64,000 bases of DNA. It comes from Carcharhinus amblyrhynchos (lineage: Eukaryota). The notes below the pieces were generated by a model. It was not told the DNA's origin and did not search any database. It saw only the letters and a list, made by a program, of their open reading frames with translations. Within the stretch, counting starts at the first letter, position 1; each line of letters opens with the position of its first letter. Position numbers and translations under genes: made by a program. Below, piece after piece: positions 11,018 to 24,845 of this stretch. Location of the stretch: contig OZ336874.1 of NCBI GenBank assembly GCA_965287045.1, positions 54,932,001-54,996,000 on the forward strand. Direction: 5' to 3'.

Positions 11018-11210
11018 CATAGAAAGCATCCTATCTGGATAAATCACAGCTTGGCAAGACTCCTGCTCTGACCAAGACTGCAAGAAACTACAAAGGTTCA
11101 TGAACACAGCCCAATCCATCATGCATCCAGCCTCCCATCCATTGACTTGTTGTACACTTCCCGCTGCCTCAAAAAAGCATAATCAAGTATCCCACGCACC
11201 CTGGACATAC
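11018..11210 (+). mobile_element. Rex1/Babar-like LINE fragment
   Basis: Similar to the ORF2 C-terminal part of 50598-51530 and 61511-63312 (gaccaagactgcaagaaactacaaagg...cctcccatccattgac). Confidence 0.7.
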
Positions 11211-11254
11211 TAGCCAGAATTCTACCGGCACACCAACCCCATATAAGTCCCAAA

Positions 11255-11600
11255 GGGCTCAGTTCCAATCTTTGCTGTACTAAACCTGTGAAAAGAGTTT
11301 TGTCTAAAGGAAGTTTTGGTTTTGATTGGAGTATCTTAGATATATTTGTTAAGGATTATACATTGTTGTGGTTGCTTTGTTTTTGTTTGCAATTGATAAA
11401 AGTTATTGTTAGCTTTCTTTTCATGCATATTAACTAAATTCTTAAATAAACTTTGTTTGATAAAAGTTCTCTGGTGGGTTATTTGAATCATACCTGAGAT
11501 GAACCATATCATGCTTATTCTCGTCAAATTCAAGTTGCAAAACTTATGATCCAGATGGGCTTCATAAAACACTGGGGAGTTTTTGACCTGAACCATAACA
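11255..11600 (+). mobile_element. Probable LTR fragment (3' part)
   Basis: aataaactttg signal followed by a U5-like segment ending ...ccataaca. Confidence 0.4.
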
Positions 11601-11935
11601 TTATTACATTAACAAAACACGTGTTCAGGTTGTGGATACAGAGGGGACACAACAGACAATTCGCTCCGTGTAACCAGAAAACATTTTTCACTTGTAACTT
11701 GAGTGTAATTTTAATTTTGTTTATCAGCAATGATTACAAAGAGCCTAACATTTCCAGAATATCAAAGGATAGATATATATTTACAGGCTTTAAAGTTTCC
11801 TGGAGGAAATTGCTGGGTAGAATGAACCAGGCACCATCACAACTCAAATCATTAACCATCGTATGAATGAAATAAAATAACAATTACAAATAAACTCTTT
11901 ATCATGACTTAATTTGTGAAATGGGGTGCCAAGAT

Positions 11936-12364
11936 AGGGTTGCCAATAACCAGGATTGTCCTAATTAATGATAAATCTCATGAACACCACTGCATGTACT
12001 CATGCTAAAAATTGTAGGGGCATTAAAATTGTTGGCTGGGATTTTCCAGCCCTTCCTGTGGTGGATCTCTCAGCCCTATTGAAGGAGACCTACTGCAGCA
12101 GGTTCCCTGGTGGTGCAGCCTGTAAGCAACACAAATGGCCATTGACTATGGCGGGATTGGAAGATCCTGCTGGTGGCCAATGGTGAGCCACCTCAGGGCG
12201 GGAAAACCCAGCTCACTTTCTCATTTCCTTTCAATAATTCATTTATCAGTGATAAAAATTTTGGAGATGGGGAAAAATAACTTTTGGGCCAGGTGGGATG
12301 GTTGAAGGTGGCAGGTCATGTGACAAAGTCTCCAGGAATATATCTGAACAGAGTTGGCAACCCC
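11936..12364. mobile_element. hAT-like MITE with a nested short palindromic MITE (12033-12212)
   Basis: TIRs gggttgccaa / ttggcaaccc. The inner element has ends gctgggattttcc / ggaaaacccagc. Confidence 0.6.
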
Positions 12365-13237
12365 AGTTCAAAATGGAAAATAGAAGTCCAATCTTGCCTT
12401 TGATTCAAATTCATGCGGCAAACCATTTGCTGTGACTAATGCAAGTTCCCCAAACTATGTATCTGGTTGCTTCAAAACGTTAAAAAAGTGAAAAAATACA
12501 GTAGAAAGTGCTGGGAACACACTGAGAATCTGTCAACGCATGTGAAGACAACAGCCAAATTAATAGATCATTTTTAAATCCAAAGTATCATCTTTGCTGT
12601 TTGCTCTCATAGTTGCTTGTTTCAGCATTTTTGTTTCAAATTTGCTTCATCTCCAGTATTTTGCACTCATTAAAGAGGTTAATCTCCATACTTTCGCTGA
12701 GGGAGTAACCCGTTTAATCTGAAAACAATTACAGCAGTTAAGAAAAAAATATTTCCACAATTTTTGTCCTTCCTTTCCACATAAGCACTTGACCTTGTAC
12801 TTGTGCCAACTTCACTTTGAAGCAGCAACTTTCATTGTCTTGCCAAGTATGATGTTAGTTGTTGGCAATATCATTTCACTAAATTGGAAAAGGAAAAGAG
12901 TGGTGCAGTTTCTGGGACTTTCAAAATAAGACAGAATCTTTCCATTAGTTCCTGCTGAACACTATTGTCTGAGAGCTCTCAGATCACCATTGTGCTGTTA
13001 TGCAAGAGCATGTCAATTGGTGTGAAGTTGCGACTATTTGTTTTTTCAAATTCCATCGATGTCAGTTGACAATGCAAGAATTTTATACTGGCGCTGAACT
13101 GCTAGTTTTCAGCCCACCCAGGTAGCCAGATTGATAATAACAATCCATTAATAATTGCTATCAGATGCTGAATTTGGCTTCTATTTTGGTATCCTGCTTT
13201 ATCCAAATGTTTCAGGTGCCCATAAGGATTATATTGG

Positions 13238-13715
13238 CTGGAATTCTTCCAAAACTAAATTAAATGTCTAACGGATGGGGAAATGAGAGTATTTCCCGCC
13301 TGTTTTTGGGGCGTATTTACTGGAATGAATCTCCGACACTCTGAGCATTAGGAGTATCTCAGCGTGATTGCCTCTGGTATGTAGGGAGCAGGGCATATTC
13401 TGGCCTGAGAGGCCATCAGAATAGGGTTGAGCGGGCCACTGCGCATGTACCATTCTGTCAGTGTGGAGATTGAAGCACTTGCCCCTCGATCACCAGCCTC
13501 CACCTGATCCCCAAGGAATCTTGCACAAGATTGCTGGCCTGCCCCACAACCCAACTAATTGCTGGCCATCCAGACCCACCCTTCATTTCCCCAATTGCTG
13601 GCCTACCTGACCTCCCCAGGCCAGCCCCGATCTCCCCTCGCCACCCTCCCCTGGCCAACCCTGGTCTCCCGCTCTCACCCCGGCATAACACCAGTCACAA
13701 AAATCCCACCCATTA
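13238..13715. mobile_element. Non-autonomous DNA transposon-like repeat
   Basis: Ends ggctggaattct / aaaatcccaccc resemble the TIRs of other MITEs in the window; C-rich internal repeats. Confidence 0.45.
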
Positions 13716-16700
13716 ATTTTCACTCAAAGAGTTAACTGTAGGCACCAAAGTAAATTCCATATATCAGTATTTGTGATGGGCAGCACCAAGATTAAACTTA
13801 ATCATCTTCTCACTTTACAGAAATGTTGGGATCTTAAATGCTGGAAGAATTCTTTACCTGTTATTGAAGTGATTTCCCTTTAAAAATGACAATTACAATA
13901 GATAATGATGGATAACTGTGGTGTGAAATACAAGCCAGCTCTTACGAGTTTCAAAGACTTTCATAACCCATAAATGTTTCAAGTGGTTCGTAAGCATCTT
14001 GTAACTGGTCATTAACTCTGAAAGTTAGTTACTTTCTGAAATCCATGCTGTTAATTTGTTGGGGGGGGGAGCGATTTAAGTTAATTTTTCACTCACAGCG
14101 GCTTTTATGTTCTCATTCACACTGCAGGATTGCCCATCGAGATAGAATTATTGGAAACCCACCAAGAGATAATATGCTGCTGATTTTTGCGAAACTGAAT
14201 ACTGGTTGGATATCGTAGATACATTTCCAAAACATGGCCACCAAAAAATACAAATTTACAGTGCAAGATTGTCAATATTTGTGATGTAATTGAAAGAACA
14301 TCCTCAAAATCTGTGACTCACAGAAACAATCAATGGGAACTTTGCACTTAATTGTTCTGTTACATTCACAATCTCTCAGTACTGTTTTAGACAGGTTATA
14401 GGCACCAAATTATACTTGTACAGTGTTTTCCATCTATTCATTGGTGCAGATGTGAGCCCTGTTTCTGCTAATCCTCTGGAAATCATTGCTTTATTTTCAA
14501 CCAGGAAGGTGCCTACATGAATGAAGCTTTACTTTTGAGTAAAAATCAAGAGAAGTTCCATTGTGTACACATTTTTGTTTTACATTAAGCACTGGTCTTT
14601 CCACCTCCCATTTTATTTTCAACCAGCAATTCTCACTGGTTAAATATTGTGAGGTAAAGCTGCTGCTGGGTCTTCTGTCATCTCAAGCACTAGAACATGT
14701 CAGGGTCCTGTAACTGTATGTGGCAGCATCTGACTGGCTGTTCAGGAATAGCATCAACATTATTTTATCATTAGACACAAATTACTGCATTGAAAACAAA
14801 CTTTATACACCTTGTTTTGCTTGTCTTTGTGCCCATTTAACGATGGCCGTGAGTTAACAGTGATGGAGGGGTCTCAACCTTCCAGGCAATTCTGAACTCT
14901 GGATGAGGGACAGGGAAAGCCTCCCTATCTCCAAATGACCTGACCAGCAAGGCCATATTTGTAGCATCTGGCATCCTAGCTACACCTGTAGTGGCATGTG
15001 CACCCACTGGCCCCATAGTATTGTGAATTGTGGAAGGGCTAATTAATAATCCTCTAGTAAAGATTCCTCTAAGAAAGAGTAATCAAGACATTTTTATTGA
15101 ACTTAAGAGTTGATTAGTCAACTCCATGACAGGAGTTTAAATCAGTATGAAGCACACAACATAGGTTTTGGGACAAGTTGACTAAAATTGATTAGGAAAT
15201 GATTAAAAAGTATGATAATAGATAAGCAATAGCAAATATTTAGTGAATAAATACATAATTTTCAACACATATGTGTTCTCTTAAAGAATAAAAACACCAC
15301 AGGAAGAAAATAAGTTAATAATCAGACTGAAAGAAGATTATAATTATTTCAAAAAGATAGCTGTGAATTAGGAAGATATTAGAATTCAATAGAAATTGCT
15401 AAAGAAAGAGAAAAATAGAACAAAAGGGTATATTATCAAGAGATATAAAACAGATTGTAACTGTTTCTATAAATATATAAGTTAGAGATTAGCCAAAGCA
15501 AATATAGGTCGCTATTACAATGGAGAATAAGAAAACGGTAACAACGTTAAGTGAGTACTTTGGTGGAAATTTTCTTAGGCAAGGGAGGTAGGTTTGTATT
15601 CAGTGGGGAGTTAAATCATTTAAATGTTTTGTCAGGCTGGGATCCCGGCGTTATTCCACCTTCTTCTGGGCTCACTGGAAGACTAAAGACAAATTGGACA
15701 CCAGCTTGCATCTGTTAAGTAAGTGATTAAGATATTTAGAAAAACAATTAAGATTTATTTTCATTCTCAATTCTGGACTTCTCAGACAGGGCACCTGTTT
15801 CCCGATCTGTCAATTACTCAGTAGGGTCGTTAAAGTGAGCCCACAATGGGAAAAGCTTCTTTGATAAAACTGACAACTGAAAAAACTTTGATTGGTGAGA
15901 TTGAAGAACTTCAACCATGGCTAGGTGTGTGGCTGCTATTGAAAGCATTTCTTCTGTCAGAGAGTGCTATCACTCCTTGACTGGTCATTGCCAACTTCTT
16001 GGAAGTCAACTCGTCTGTTAAGCACTTCAGCTGCACTTCTCTGCTGCCAGCCTTCGCTTCAGCAAGGGAACAGCTTGTGCAACTGAACCTTGCATCTCTG
16101 AAGAGGGACAAGAGGAGAAACAGCACCACTGCTATCAACAACACCAGCAGTAGAAGCAATGCCTGCAGGAGCATCTACTGTCTTCTCCCCAGCTGTAAGC
16201 CTCTCCACAGGACAGTGGGGATGGACATTGAGATCCAGCTGGAGGGAGATGAGACCCCCAACACAGGGTCTTCAAGCAAAGGATAAGTTCCTCTGCATTT
16301 CTGAGCATCAGTTACCTTCAAAAGCTCAGGTTTTCATGGCAAGCCACTGATGACATCTGCAGCCTCCTGGAGCAGGTGGGCATGCCTTGCCCAATGAGGC
16401 ACCAGTCACTGGAGACTTTTATCCTCTCCCTCACCTACTCCCTCTGTCCTCCCCTGGGTCAGTGCCTCCTGCCAAGTTCTCTTCTGCATGGAGAGAAATC
16501 AGAGTTGGGTGTGTGGCTTGTGTGAAATGGAGAAAAGGGCACTCTTTTGGAAGATAGCTTTGAGACATGGGTATGAGACTGCAATAGGCTGAGGGTGAGT
16601 GTTGCCTGTTCAGATGGAATATGAGGTGCCTGGAGAGAGAAGAATGAGCGGACCTACGCAGCATGCTGCCCTGAGGAAATGCTACTCAGGAGAATGCTGA

Positions 16701-18139
16701 AAGTTCACTGTGAAGCTTGACACCTGGAAGTGTTGTTATACACCGACCTATCCTAACCTTCTGAGGCCTAGACCCTCTTGGTGTACTGTCTTCAGTTTGG
16801 AGGGACCACATGTTGACTGTTGATATCCTCTGTCTACTCTATCCATGACTGCTCAACTGGAGAGGTTGATTTTTGCCTCTTATCCTTGACAGAGTTCACC
16901 CCTCAGCAAGACCTTAAGGTAACAGTGAGGAGCCAGAGAGCAGCCTTCCCAGGTCTCTTCTCCATTCTTGTAATTACAGAAAGTTAATATGCAGATACAA
17001 CAAACAATGAAGAACATAAAGGATAGGTTAGCCTTTATTACAAAGGGATTAGAATGTAAGGTAGTGCTAGATTTTTGCTCCGGAGGCTGGTAGCACAAGT
17101 TAGGAAATTTCCCAGTTTATGGCACCTGCCTCAAGCAAAACTCCCCCAAATGGCATGATCTTTGTTTCAATGGAGTCGGCAGGCGGTGGGTGTGTGATAG
17201 AGACAGGCCCAATGCCAATGGTTGCAGATTGGAATTTAGAAGAGTGAGAAGCAATTTCATTGAAACCCAAGGCTTGGTGAGCACTGAGGTAAGCTTGGGA
17301 AGGCTGCCCTCACCCATCACAATCTATTGCCCCAAATTCCTTTCCCATGGCCCTAAAAGGTCCCATCTAAACTACTGCCAACTCATGTCAATCCACCCAC
17401 GACCTTTGGGCCTTTAAAAACCTCATGCCAATCACCCAGTATCCACCACAACCATAACATGGGAACCATGCTGAGGTGAAATAAAATAAAGGTTCAAATA
17501 TTTATTAAAGCCTTTACCATATTAAAAAAAAACAATCCCACCATTTAAATCTTTTAAATATCCTCATGTGCTTTATCCCATGAAAACAAATGTCTATGCA
17601 TAGCGCCACATCAGAGGCAGCTAGCTGATCCTTTAATAAACTTTTTGAGCTGTCAATCGAACAGTAAACTTAGGACTCAATACTGTGATCATTACAGCAT
17701 GTAGAAAGCAGTCAAGCATTCATAATGACATAATGATAGCTCTTGGGAAAATCTCAACAAACAGTTATTGTAAGGGCTAGAAAATGTACACTGACACATG
17801 AAGCCTTTTTTAATTTTTATGGAATTGGGGATTTAAATAACTTCACATTCTGGCAGTTCAAGAGCATTTTTGTCTTCTCTGAGCATTTTGTGACTTCCAC
17901 ACTGCAGGTCAAGGCCCTTATTAAATGAAAATGGTGTGTGTTTTAATTCAGCACTGAGTTTTAATGGCCCTGCTGAGTTCAGGTTTCCCTCATGTGAGTC
18001 TTGCCATGCGTCCTTTTCCCTTTGGCAAAAATGACATCTGTGATAAACACGGCAGGACTTCAAATCCAGTCCAGCCCACCCTTTTTAAAGGTCCATGGTG
18101 TCTCCACAGCTCCACAAGAAAAATAGGCCTAAAACTGAA

Positions 18140-18720
18140 GAAGCGTTACTGCAATTGTTCAGGGCCTTGGTGGGACACACATGGAGTACAGTGTATCCTT
18201 TGTGTTTCCCTTTCTAAGGAAAGATATATTAGCCTTGGAGGTAGTGCAACAAAAGTTCACTAGACTAATGGCTGGGATGAGGGGATTGACTGAGAAGGAG
18301 AGATTGAGCAGCCTGGGATTATATTCCCTGGAATTTAGAAGCATGAGAAGCAATCTCATTGAAACACAAAAATTCATCAAGCGCATGAGATTCTGAAAAT
18401 ATGTTCCTTCTTTGTAGGAAGTCAAGAATAAAGGGTTGCAATAAGACGTTGACCCTTTAGGATTGAAATAAGAAACAATTTCTTCACACAATGTTTTGTA
18501 AACTCGGGATTCTGTATCCTAGTTAGCTACAGATGCTTTATGGTTGAGTCTATTCAAGATAGAGAACAACAGATTTTTAGATACTAACAGAATTATGGGG
18601 CATGGGGATAATATGGAAAGCTAGAATTGAGGTAAAAGATTAGTCGTGATAATACTGAGTTGTGGAGTGGGCTCAAAGGGCCAAATGGCCAACTCTTGCT
18701 CCTACTAATTGTCTTCTTAA
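18140..18720 (+). mobile_element. CR1 LINE 3' fragment, degraded
   Basis: MEYSVSFVFPFLRKDILALEVVQQKFTRLMAGMRGL...YSLEFRSMRSNLIET. Confidence 0.85.
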
Positions 18721-19287
18721 CAACATGTAACACCTACACATAGTGAAAACATCCAAGGTGTTTCAAAAGAGAATAATCAAACAGAATTTGGCACAGAAGA
18801 GACACATGAAGAGACTGTCAACCAAAAGGGTAGAACTGACAGAACATTTTAAAGGAGGATGGAGAAGTAGAGTGATTTATTGAATGAATTCCAGGATTCA
18901 GGGCCTAAATAGCTGAAACACAGCCACCAATAATGAAGGAAAGACAATTGAGAATGCACAAGAGGCCAGAATTAGAGGTGCTTAATTGGAGTGCAAATCA
19001 ATTAAGCAGACAAAAGGATTGCAGAATTTTGAATGGACATGGATTATGTGTGAGTGTTAAATGCACTCAAATTTCCTTGATCTTTTACAGCTGATTGTCT
19101 CTCCGCCAGGACAAACGCACCTCTGCCATAGAACTGGTCACACACACACAACATTTAAACACAAATACCCTGCAGTTGCATGTGTTTCATCGTGTGCGGC
19201 GGGTATCTTAATCTTGTGACCAGATTTTCAGGCACACAGGCATCTATACTTAACAAAGTTAGTGGTAGCATTGGTTACTTTATCAGA

Positions 19288-19882
19288 TAATGAAGCAATA
19301 TAGGGCATTGGTGAGGCCGCAGCTGGAGTACTGTGTGCAGTTTTGGGCGCCGTACTTGCGCAAGGATATTTTGGCCTTGGAGGGAGTGCAGAGGAGGTTT
19401 ACTAGGATGATGCTGGAGTTGAGGGGGTTGAGCTACGAGGAGAGGCTGAATAAACTAGGCTTGGACTCGTTAGAGTTTAGAAGAATGAGGGGAGGTCTCA
19501 TTGAGACGTATAAGATGATGAATGGGATGGATAGGATAGAGGTGGAGAGACTCTTCCTGCTCAGAAAGGATAGTAGGACTAGGGGGCACAGCCTCAAGAT
19601 AAAGGGGGGGCAGTTTAGAACGGAGTTGAGGAGAAACTTCTTCACTCAAAGGGTGGTGAATCTCTGGAATTCTCCACCCGTTGAAGTGGTGGAGGCTACC
19701 TCGCTAAATATTTTTAAGACGTGGGTTGATGGGTTTTTGATAAGAGAGGGGATTAAGGGTTATGGGGAGATGGCGGGAATGTGGAACTGAGCCACGACAG
19801 ATCAGCCATGATCTTATTGAATGGCGGGGCAGCCTCGAAGGGCTAGTTGGCCTACTCCTGCTCCTATTTCTTATGTTCTTAT
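19288..19882 (+). mobile_element. CR1 LINE 3' end, well preserved (open 166-aa ORF2 C-terminus)
   Basis: YRALVRPQLEYCVQFWAPYLRKDILALEGVQRRFTRM...RTRGHSLKIKGGQFRTELRRNFFTQRVVNLWN, followed by the 3' UTR and a cttatgtt tail. Confidence 0.93.
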
Positions 19883-19919
19883 ATGGTGAATGATAGCTGT
19901 CTAGAGTATTTTATTGTAG

Positions 19920-20243
19920 TCATAGAATACATAGAATCTCTATAGTGCGGAAGGACGCCGTTTGGTCCATCAAGTCTACACTGGCCACAATCCCACCCAG
20001 ACCCTATTCCCATAACCCCATATATTTACGCTGCTAATCCTCTGACACTAGGGTCAATTTAGCATGGCCATTTAACCTAACCCACACATCTTTGGAGTGT
20101 GGGATGAAACCGGAACATCCGATGGAAACCACACTGGCACAGTAGGAATGCGCAAACTCGACACAGACAGTGACCCAAGGCTGGAATTGAACCCGGATCC
20201 CTGGCACTGTGAGGCATCAATGCTAACCACTGTGCCACCATGT
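19920..20243 (-). mobile_element. HE1-type V-SINE
   Basis: tRNA-like head (ggcacagtggttagca...ggttcaattcc), V-domain and CR1-type tail. Confidence 0.88.
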
Positions 20244-20399
20244 CTGTATTGTACATGTTTTATTACCAGAACAGGATTCTGATGATCAGATAAATTATGA
20301 GAACAAGTTCAAAGTTGTTTCTAAGATCTTCACATCACCAATAATTTGTTACAGAGTGTAATATACTTTCCTTATCTGAGTTCTGCCATAATTCAGGTT

Positions 20400-20840
20400 T
20401 ATGTAACTTAATAGGTCCCACTCCTGAGGTTGAACACACAATCCAGGCTGACAACTGTAGTGAGATCTCCCAACTGTGGCCTTTTACTCAAGTGATGTCT
20501 TCCAACTCCATTATCCTGAACAGGTGATAGGATATGTATGCTGCATGAGACACTCTTCCATTCTACATAACTGAACAGCTGATTAGGATAAACAGCAACA
20601 TCAATCATGATCTTTGCAGGAAGCAACAAGGTCCCCACCATGGTCATGGCATCCTGTCAACATACTGTGATCTCCCATGGAAATACCAGTAGACTGATTC
20701 CAGTGGAGTCTTGTTATGTGTCTGACAGTTGGCAGAGACCTGTTTGAGTGTACATATGTAAATCTAACTAATTCAGTGAGATAAATCAGAACTGTGTTCA
20801 TTCGGGTATCCCTTCGTACAGGGTTCCGTGTTATCACAAA
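20400..20840 (-). mobile_element. Possible highly degraded Gypsy integrase remnant
   Basis: HWNQ...GDLVASCKDHD loosely resembles the integrase HHCC zinc-finger region. Confidence 0.3.
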
Positions 20841-21733
20841 AAGGGTAAAGTGGACCCATTCTCCTTGGTTTGCCCTTCTAGCAGAGATTAATGGATAATG
20901 AACAGAAGTGGGAACTCTGGCTGGTTTTCACAGCCCCCCTCCCCCTCCCTCAGTAATGCTGTAGTGCACCTAGATGCTGTAGCATCCCCCACGATGAAGG
21001 CTTTGCTGCAACTGCCTCAGTACTCAACGCTGACAACTGCCAATCACCAGATGCAATTCTACAACTCATCCACTTCATCCTAGACCACAACGTCTTCACC
21101 TTCAACAACCAGTTCTTCATCCAGACACATGGAACAGCCAGGAGGACCAAATTTGCACCTCAATACGCCAACACCTTCATGCACAAGTTTGAACAAGACC
21201 TCTTCACTGCACAGGACATTCAATTAACGGTATACACTAGATACATCAATGACATTTTCTTCCTTTGGACTCACGGTGAACAATCACTGAAACAACTATA
21301 TGATGACATCGACAAGTTCCATTCCACCATCAGAATCACCATGGATTACCCTGTGGAATCAGTTGCATTCTTGGACACGTGCATTTCCATCAAGGACGAT
21401 CACCTCAGCACTTCACTGTACTGCAAGTCCACAGATAATCTCACGATGCTCCACTTCTCCAACTTCCACCCTAAACACATTAAAGAAACCATCCCCTATG
21501 GACAAGCCCTCCGTAAAGATAGGATCTGCTCAGATGAGGAGGATCACAACAGATACCTACAGACGCTGAAAGACGCCCTCATAAGAACAGGATATGGCGT
21601 TTGACTCACCCATCAACAATTTCAAGGTGTCAGAGTGAAAAACTGCACTGACCTCCTCAGAAGGCGAACAGTAGTCGTCCAGTAGTTCCCAGGAATGGAG
21701 AAGCCAAAACATCTTCTCCGGAGTCTTCAATAT

Positions 21734-22914
21734 AGAGTCATAGTCATAGAGTCATAGATGTTTACAGCTTGGAAATCAGGCCCTTCGGCCCAACTTGTCC
21801 ATGCAGACATTTTTTTAAAAATTCCTAAGCTGATCCCAATTGCCTGCATTTGGCCCATATCCCTCTATACCCATCGTACCCATATGACTAAATGCTTTTT
21901 AAAAGATAAAATTGTACCCGCTTCTACTACTACTTCTGGCAGCTTGTTCAAGACACTCGCCACCCTCTGTGTGAAAAAGTTGCCCCTCTGGACACTTTTG
22001 TATCTCTCCCCTCTCCTCTTAAACCTATGTCCTCTGGTGTTAGACTCCCCTATCTTTGGGAAAAGATATTGACTATCTACCTTGTCTATGCCCCTCATTA
22101 TTATATAGACGTTTATAAGGTTACCCCTCAGCCTCTGATGCTGCAGAGGGAAAATTCCCAGTCTATTCAGCCTCTCCTTATAACTCAATCCATCAAGTCG
22201 CAGTAGCTTCCTAGTAAATCTTTTCTGGACTCTTTCTAGTTTAATAATATACTTTCTATAGCAGTGACGAGAATTGCAAACAATATTCCAAGTGTGGCCT
22301 TACCATTGTCTTGTACAACTTCAACAAGATGTCCCAACTCCTGTATTCAATGTTCTGACCAATGAAACCATGCATGCCAAATGCCTTCTTCACCACTCTG
22401 TCCACCTGTGACTCCACTTTCAAGGAGCTATGAACATGTACCCCTAGACCCCTCAATTCTGTAACTCTCCCCTACGCTTTACCATTAACTGAGTAAGTCC
22501 TGCCCTGGTTCAATCCAGCAAAATACATCACCTTGCATTTGTCTAAATTAAACTCCATCTGCCATTCGTCAGCCCACTGGCCCAATTGATCAAGATCCTG
22601 TTGCAATTGGAGATAACTTTCTTCACTGTCCATTATGCCACCAATCTTGGTGTCATCTGCAAACTTACTAACCATGCCTCCTATATTCTCATCCAAATCA
22701 TTAATATAAATGTCTAATAACAGTGGGCTCAGCACTGATACCTGAGGCACACCGTTGGTCACAGGCCTCCAGTTTGAAAAACAACTCTGTACAACCACCC
22801 TCTGGCTTCTGTCAAGAAGCCAATTTTGTATCCAATTAAATACCTTATCCTGGATCCCGTGAGATTTAACTTTATGCAACACCTACCATGCGGTACCTTG
22901 TCAAAGGTCGTGCT
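21734..22914 (-). mobile_element. CR1 LINE 3' portion inserted into the Penelope element
   Basis: NGVPQVSVLSPLL...SKFADDTKIGG RT motifs, a (gagtcata)n tail, and aatat on both sides. Confidence 0.92.
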
Positions 22915-23675
22915 AATATGTCATTGATGAAGACGAACATCTCGCCAAGGCTATTCCCACACCCCACTTTCTGCCTTCAAACAACCGTACAACCTCAAAC
23001 AGATCATTGTCCACAGCAAACTACCCAGCCTTCAGAAGAACAGTGACCACGACACCACACAACCCTGCCACAGCAACTTCTGCAAGATGTGCCAGATCAT
23101 CAACACGGATACCATCATCTCACGTGAGAACACCACCCACCAGGTACACAGTACATACTCTTGCAACTCAGCCAATGTTGTCTACCTGATGCGCTGCAGG
23201 AAAGGATGTCCTAAGGCACCATACATTGGGGAGACCATGCAGGCGCTATGACAATGAATGAATGAACACCACTCGACGATCACCAGGCAGAACTATTCTC
23301 TTCAGCACTTATGGGCATTCAGCCTCTGATCATCGGGTAAACACTCTCCAAGATGGCCTTCGTAACAGATGACGACACAGAATCACTGAGCAGAAACTGA
23401 TAACCAAGTTCTGCATACATGAGGACGGCCCCAACAGGATCTTGGGTTCATGTCACACTATCCGTAACTCCCATGACTTGCCTGGGCTTGCAAAATCTCA
23501 CTAATTGTCCTTTCTGGAAACAATATACACATCTCTTTAACCTATGCTTAACCCGCTCTCCACTCACATTGTTTGTACCTTTAAAACTTGATTACCTGTA
23601 AAGACTCGTATTCCAACCATTATCTTGTAAATTGAGTTTGTGTCTATATATGACCTGTTTGTGAACACAACTCTT

Positions 23676-23714
23676 CACTCACCTGAAGAAGGAGCGAGAC
23701 TCTGAAAGCTTGTG
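23676..23714 (+). ncRNA. Minimal type I hammerhead ribozyme motif (Penelope pLTR)
   Basis: CAC CTGAAGA A GGAG CGAGA CTCT GAAA GC TT GTG: core boxes, helix II, palindromic helix III and CAC/GTG helix I. Confidence 0.7.
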
Positions 23715-24029
23715 CTACCAAATAAACCTGTTGGACTTTAACCTGGTGTTGTGAGACTTCTTACTGTCACACACCTACCCAATGTAGGAGGAGCAGAGGA
23801 TTCCTTCAATTAAATATTGGGAACACGAAAGCTATTGCCTTTGGGCCCTGTCACATTCCCTAGTCACCTATTCCATCCTCCTCTCTGGCCACATTCTGAA
23901 GCTGTACCAGGCTATTTACAAACTCTCTGTCCTGTCTGGCCAGGATTTGAGCTAGTGACACCATAACCTCTCCATCACTATGGATCCCCATCTCCATAAC
24001 ACCACCTGACTTCACCCCAGCCTCGGCTC

Positions 24030-24845
24030 ATCTGCTTCTGAAACTCTCACATGCTTTTGTCACTTCCAGATTTAATGCTCTACCATTTGCCTTCCCATTC
24101 TGCACCCTCCATAAGTTTGAGCTGATCCAAATTTCTGCTGCTTCTGGATCCTAATTTGTGCCAAGCGACACTTGTCCATCACCTCAAGCTTGCTGACCTA
24201 AATTGATTCCCACTCCAGTGAATTATTGATCTTAAGATTCTAACTCTTGTTTTCTAATTCTGGCATGGCCTTGCCCCACCTTATTTCTTTGATCTCCTCC
24301 AGACCTATATTTCTCTCAAATACCTCCTCTCCTCTAATCCTGGTCTCTTGTCAATTCCCAATTTTAATTGTTCTACCATTGGTCCCTGAACCTTCTGCTG
24401 TCAAGACCCTTTCTGAAACATCTTCCCTTCTCTACCTTTAAGAGAATGAGGCATGGTGGCATAATAGTTAGCACTGCTGCCTCACAGCACCAGAGGCCCA
24501 GGTTCAATTCCTGCCTCGGGTGATTGTCTGTGTGAAGTTTGCATGTTCTCCCCATGTCTGTGTGGGTTTCCTCTGGGTGCTCTAGTTTCCTCACACAGTC
24601 CAAAGATGTGTAGGTCAGGTGGATTGGCCATGCTAAATTGCCCCTTAATGTCAGGGGGACCAACTCGGGTAAATATGTGGGGTTATAGGGAGAGGGCCTG
24701 TGTGGAACTGTGGTCAATGTGGACTTGATGGGCTGAATGGCCTCCTTCTGTATTGTAGTGATTCTATTGAAGATGATTCTGAAAACCTGTTTCCTTCTCC
24801 CAAAGCTTTTGATCACCTACCGTAATATCCTCTTATGTGGTTCAG
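24030..24845 (+). mobile_element. L2-like LINE 3' remnant, interrupted by a V-SINE
   Basis: catgcttttgtcacttccaga...atccaaatttctgctgct...atcacc and an aaaacc...ctttt...cacc tail typical of L2. Confidence 0.55.
24449..24775 (+). mobile_element. HE1-type V-SINE
   Basis: ggcatggtggcataatagttagcactgctgcctcacag head, V-domain, tail ending gattctat. Confidence 0.88.

Larger units (their letters stand above)
20990..23768 (+). mobile_element. Penelope-like element: RT, GIY-YIG endonuclease and pLTR (5'-truncated, degraded)
   Basis: ILDHNVFTFNNQFFIQTHGTA...APQYAN.FM...YTRYINDIFFLW (PLE RT). CKMC...YSCNSANVVYLMRC...YIGET at ~23080-23240 (GIY-YIG). pLTR with a hammerhead motif. Confidence 0.92.

Noticed and set aside
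24449-24520. tRNA gene
   Set aside because: tRNA-derived SINE head with A/B-box-like motifs continuing into a V-domain; no complete cloverleaf. The same applies to the other SINE copies.
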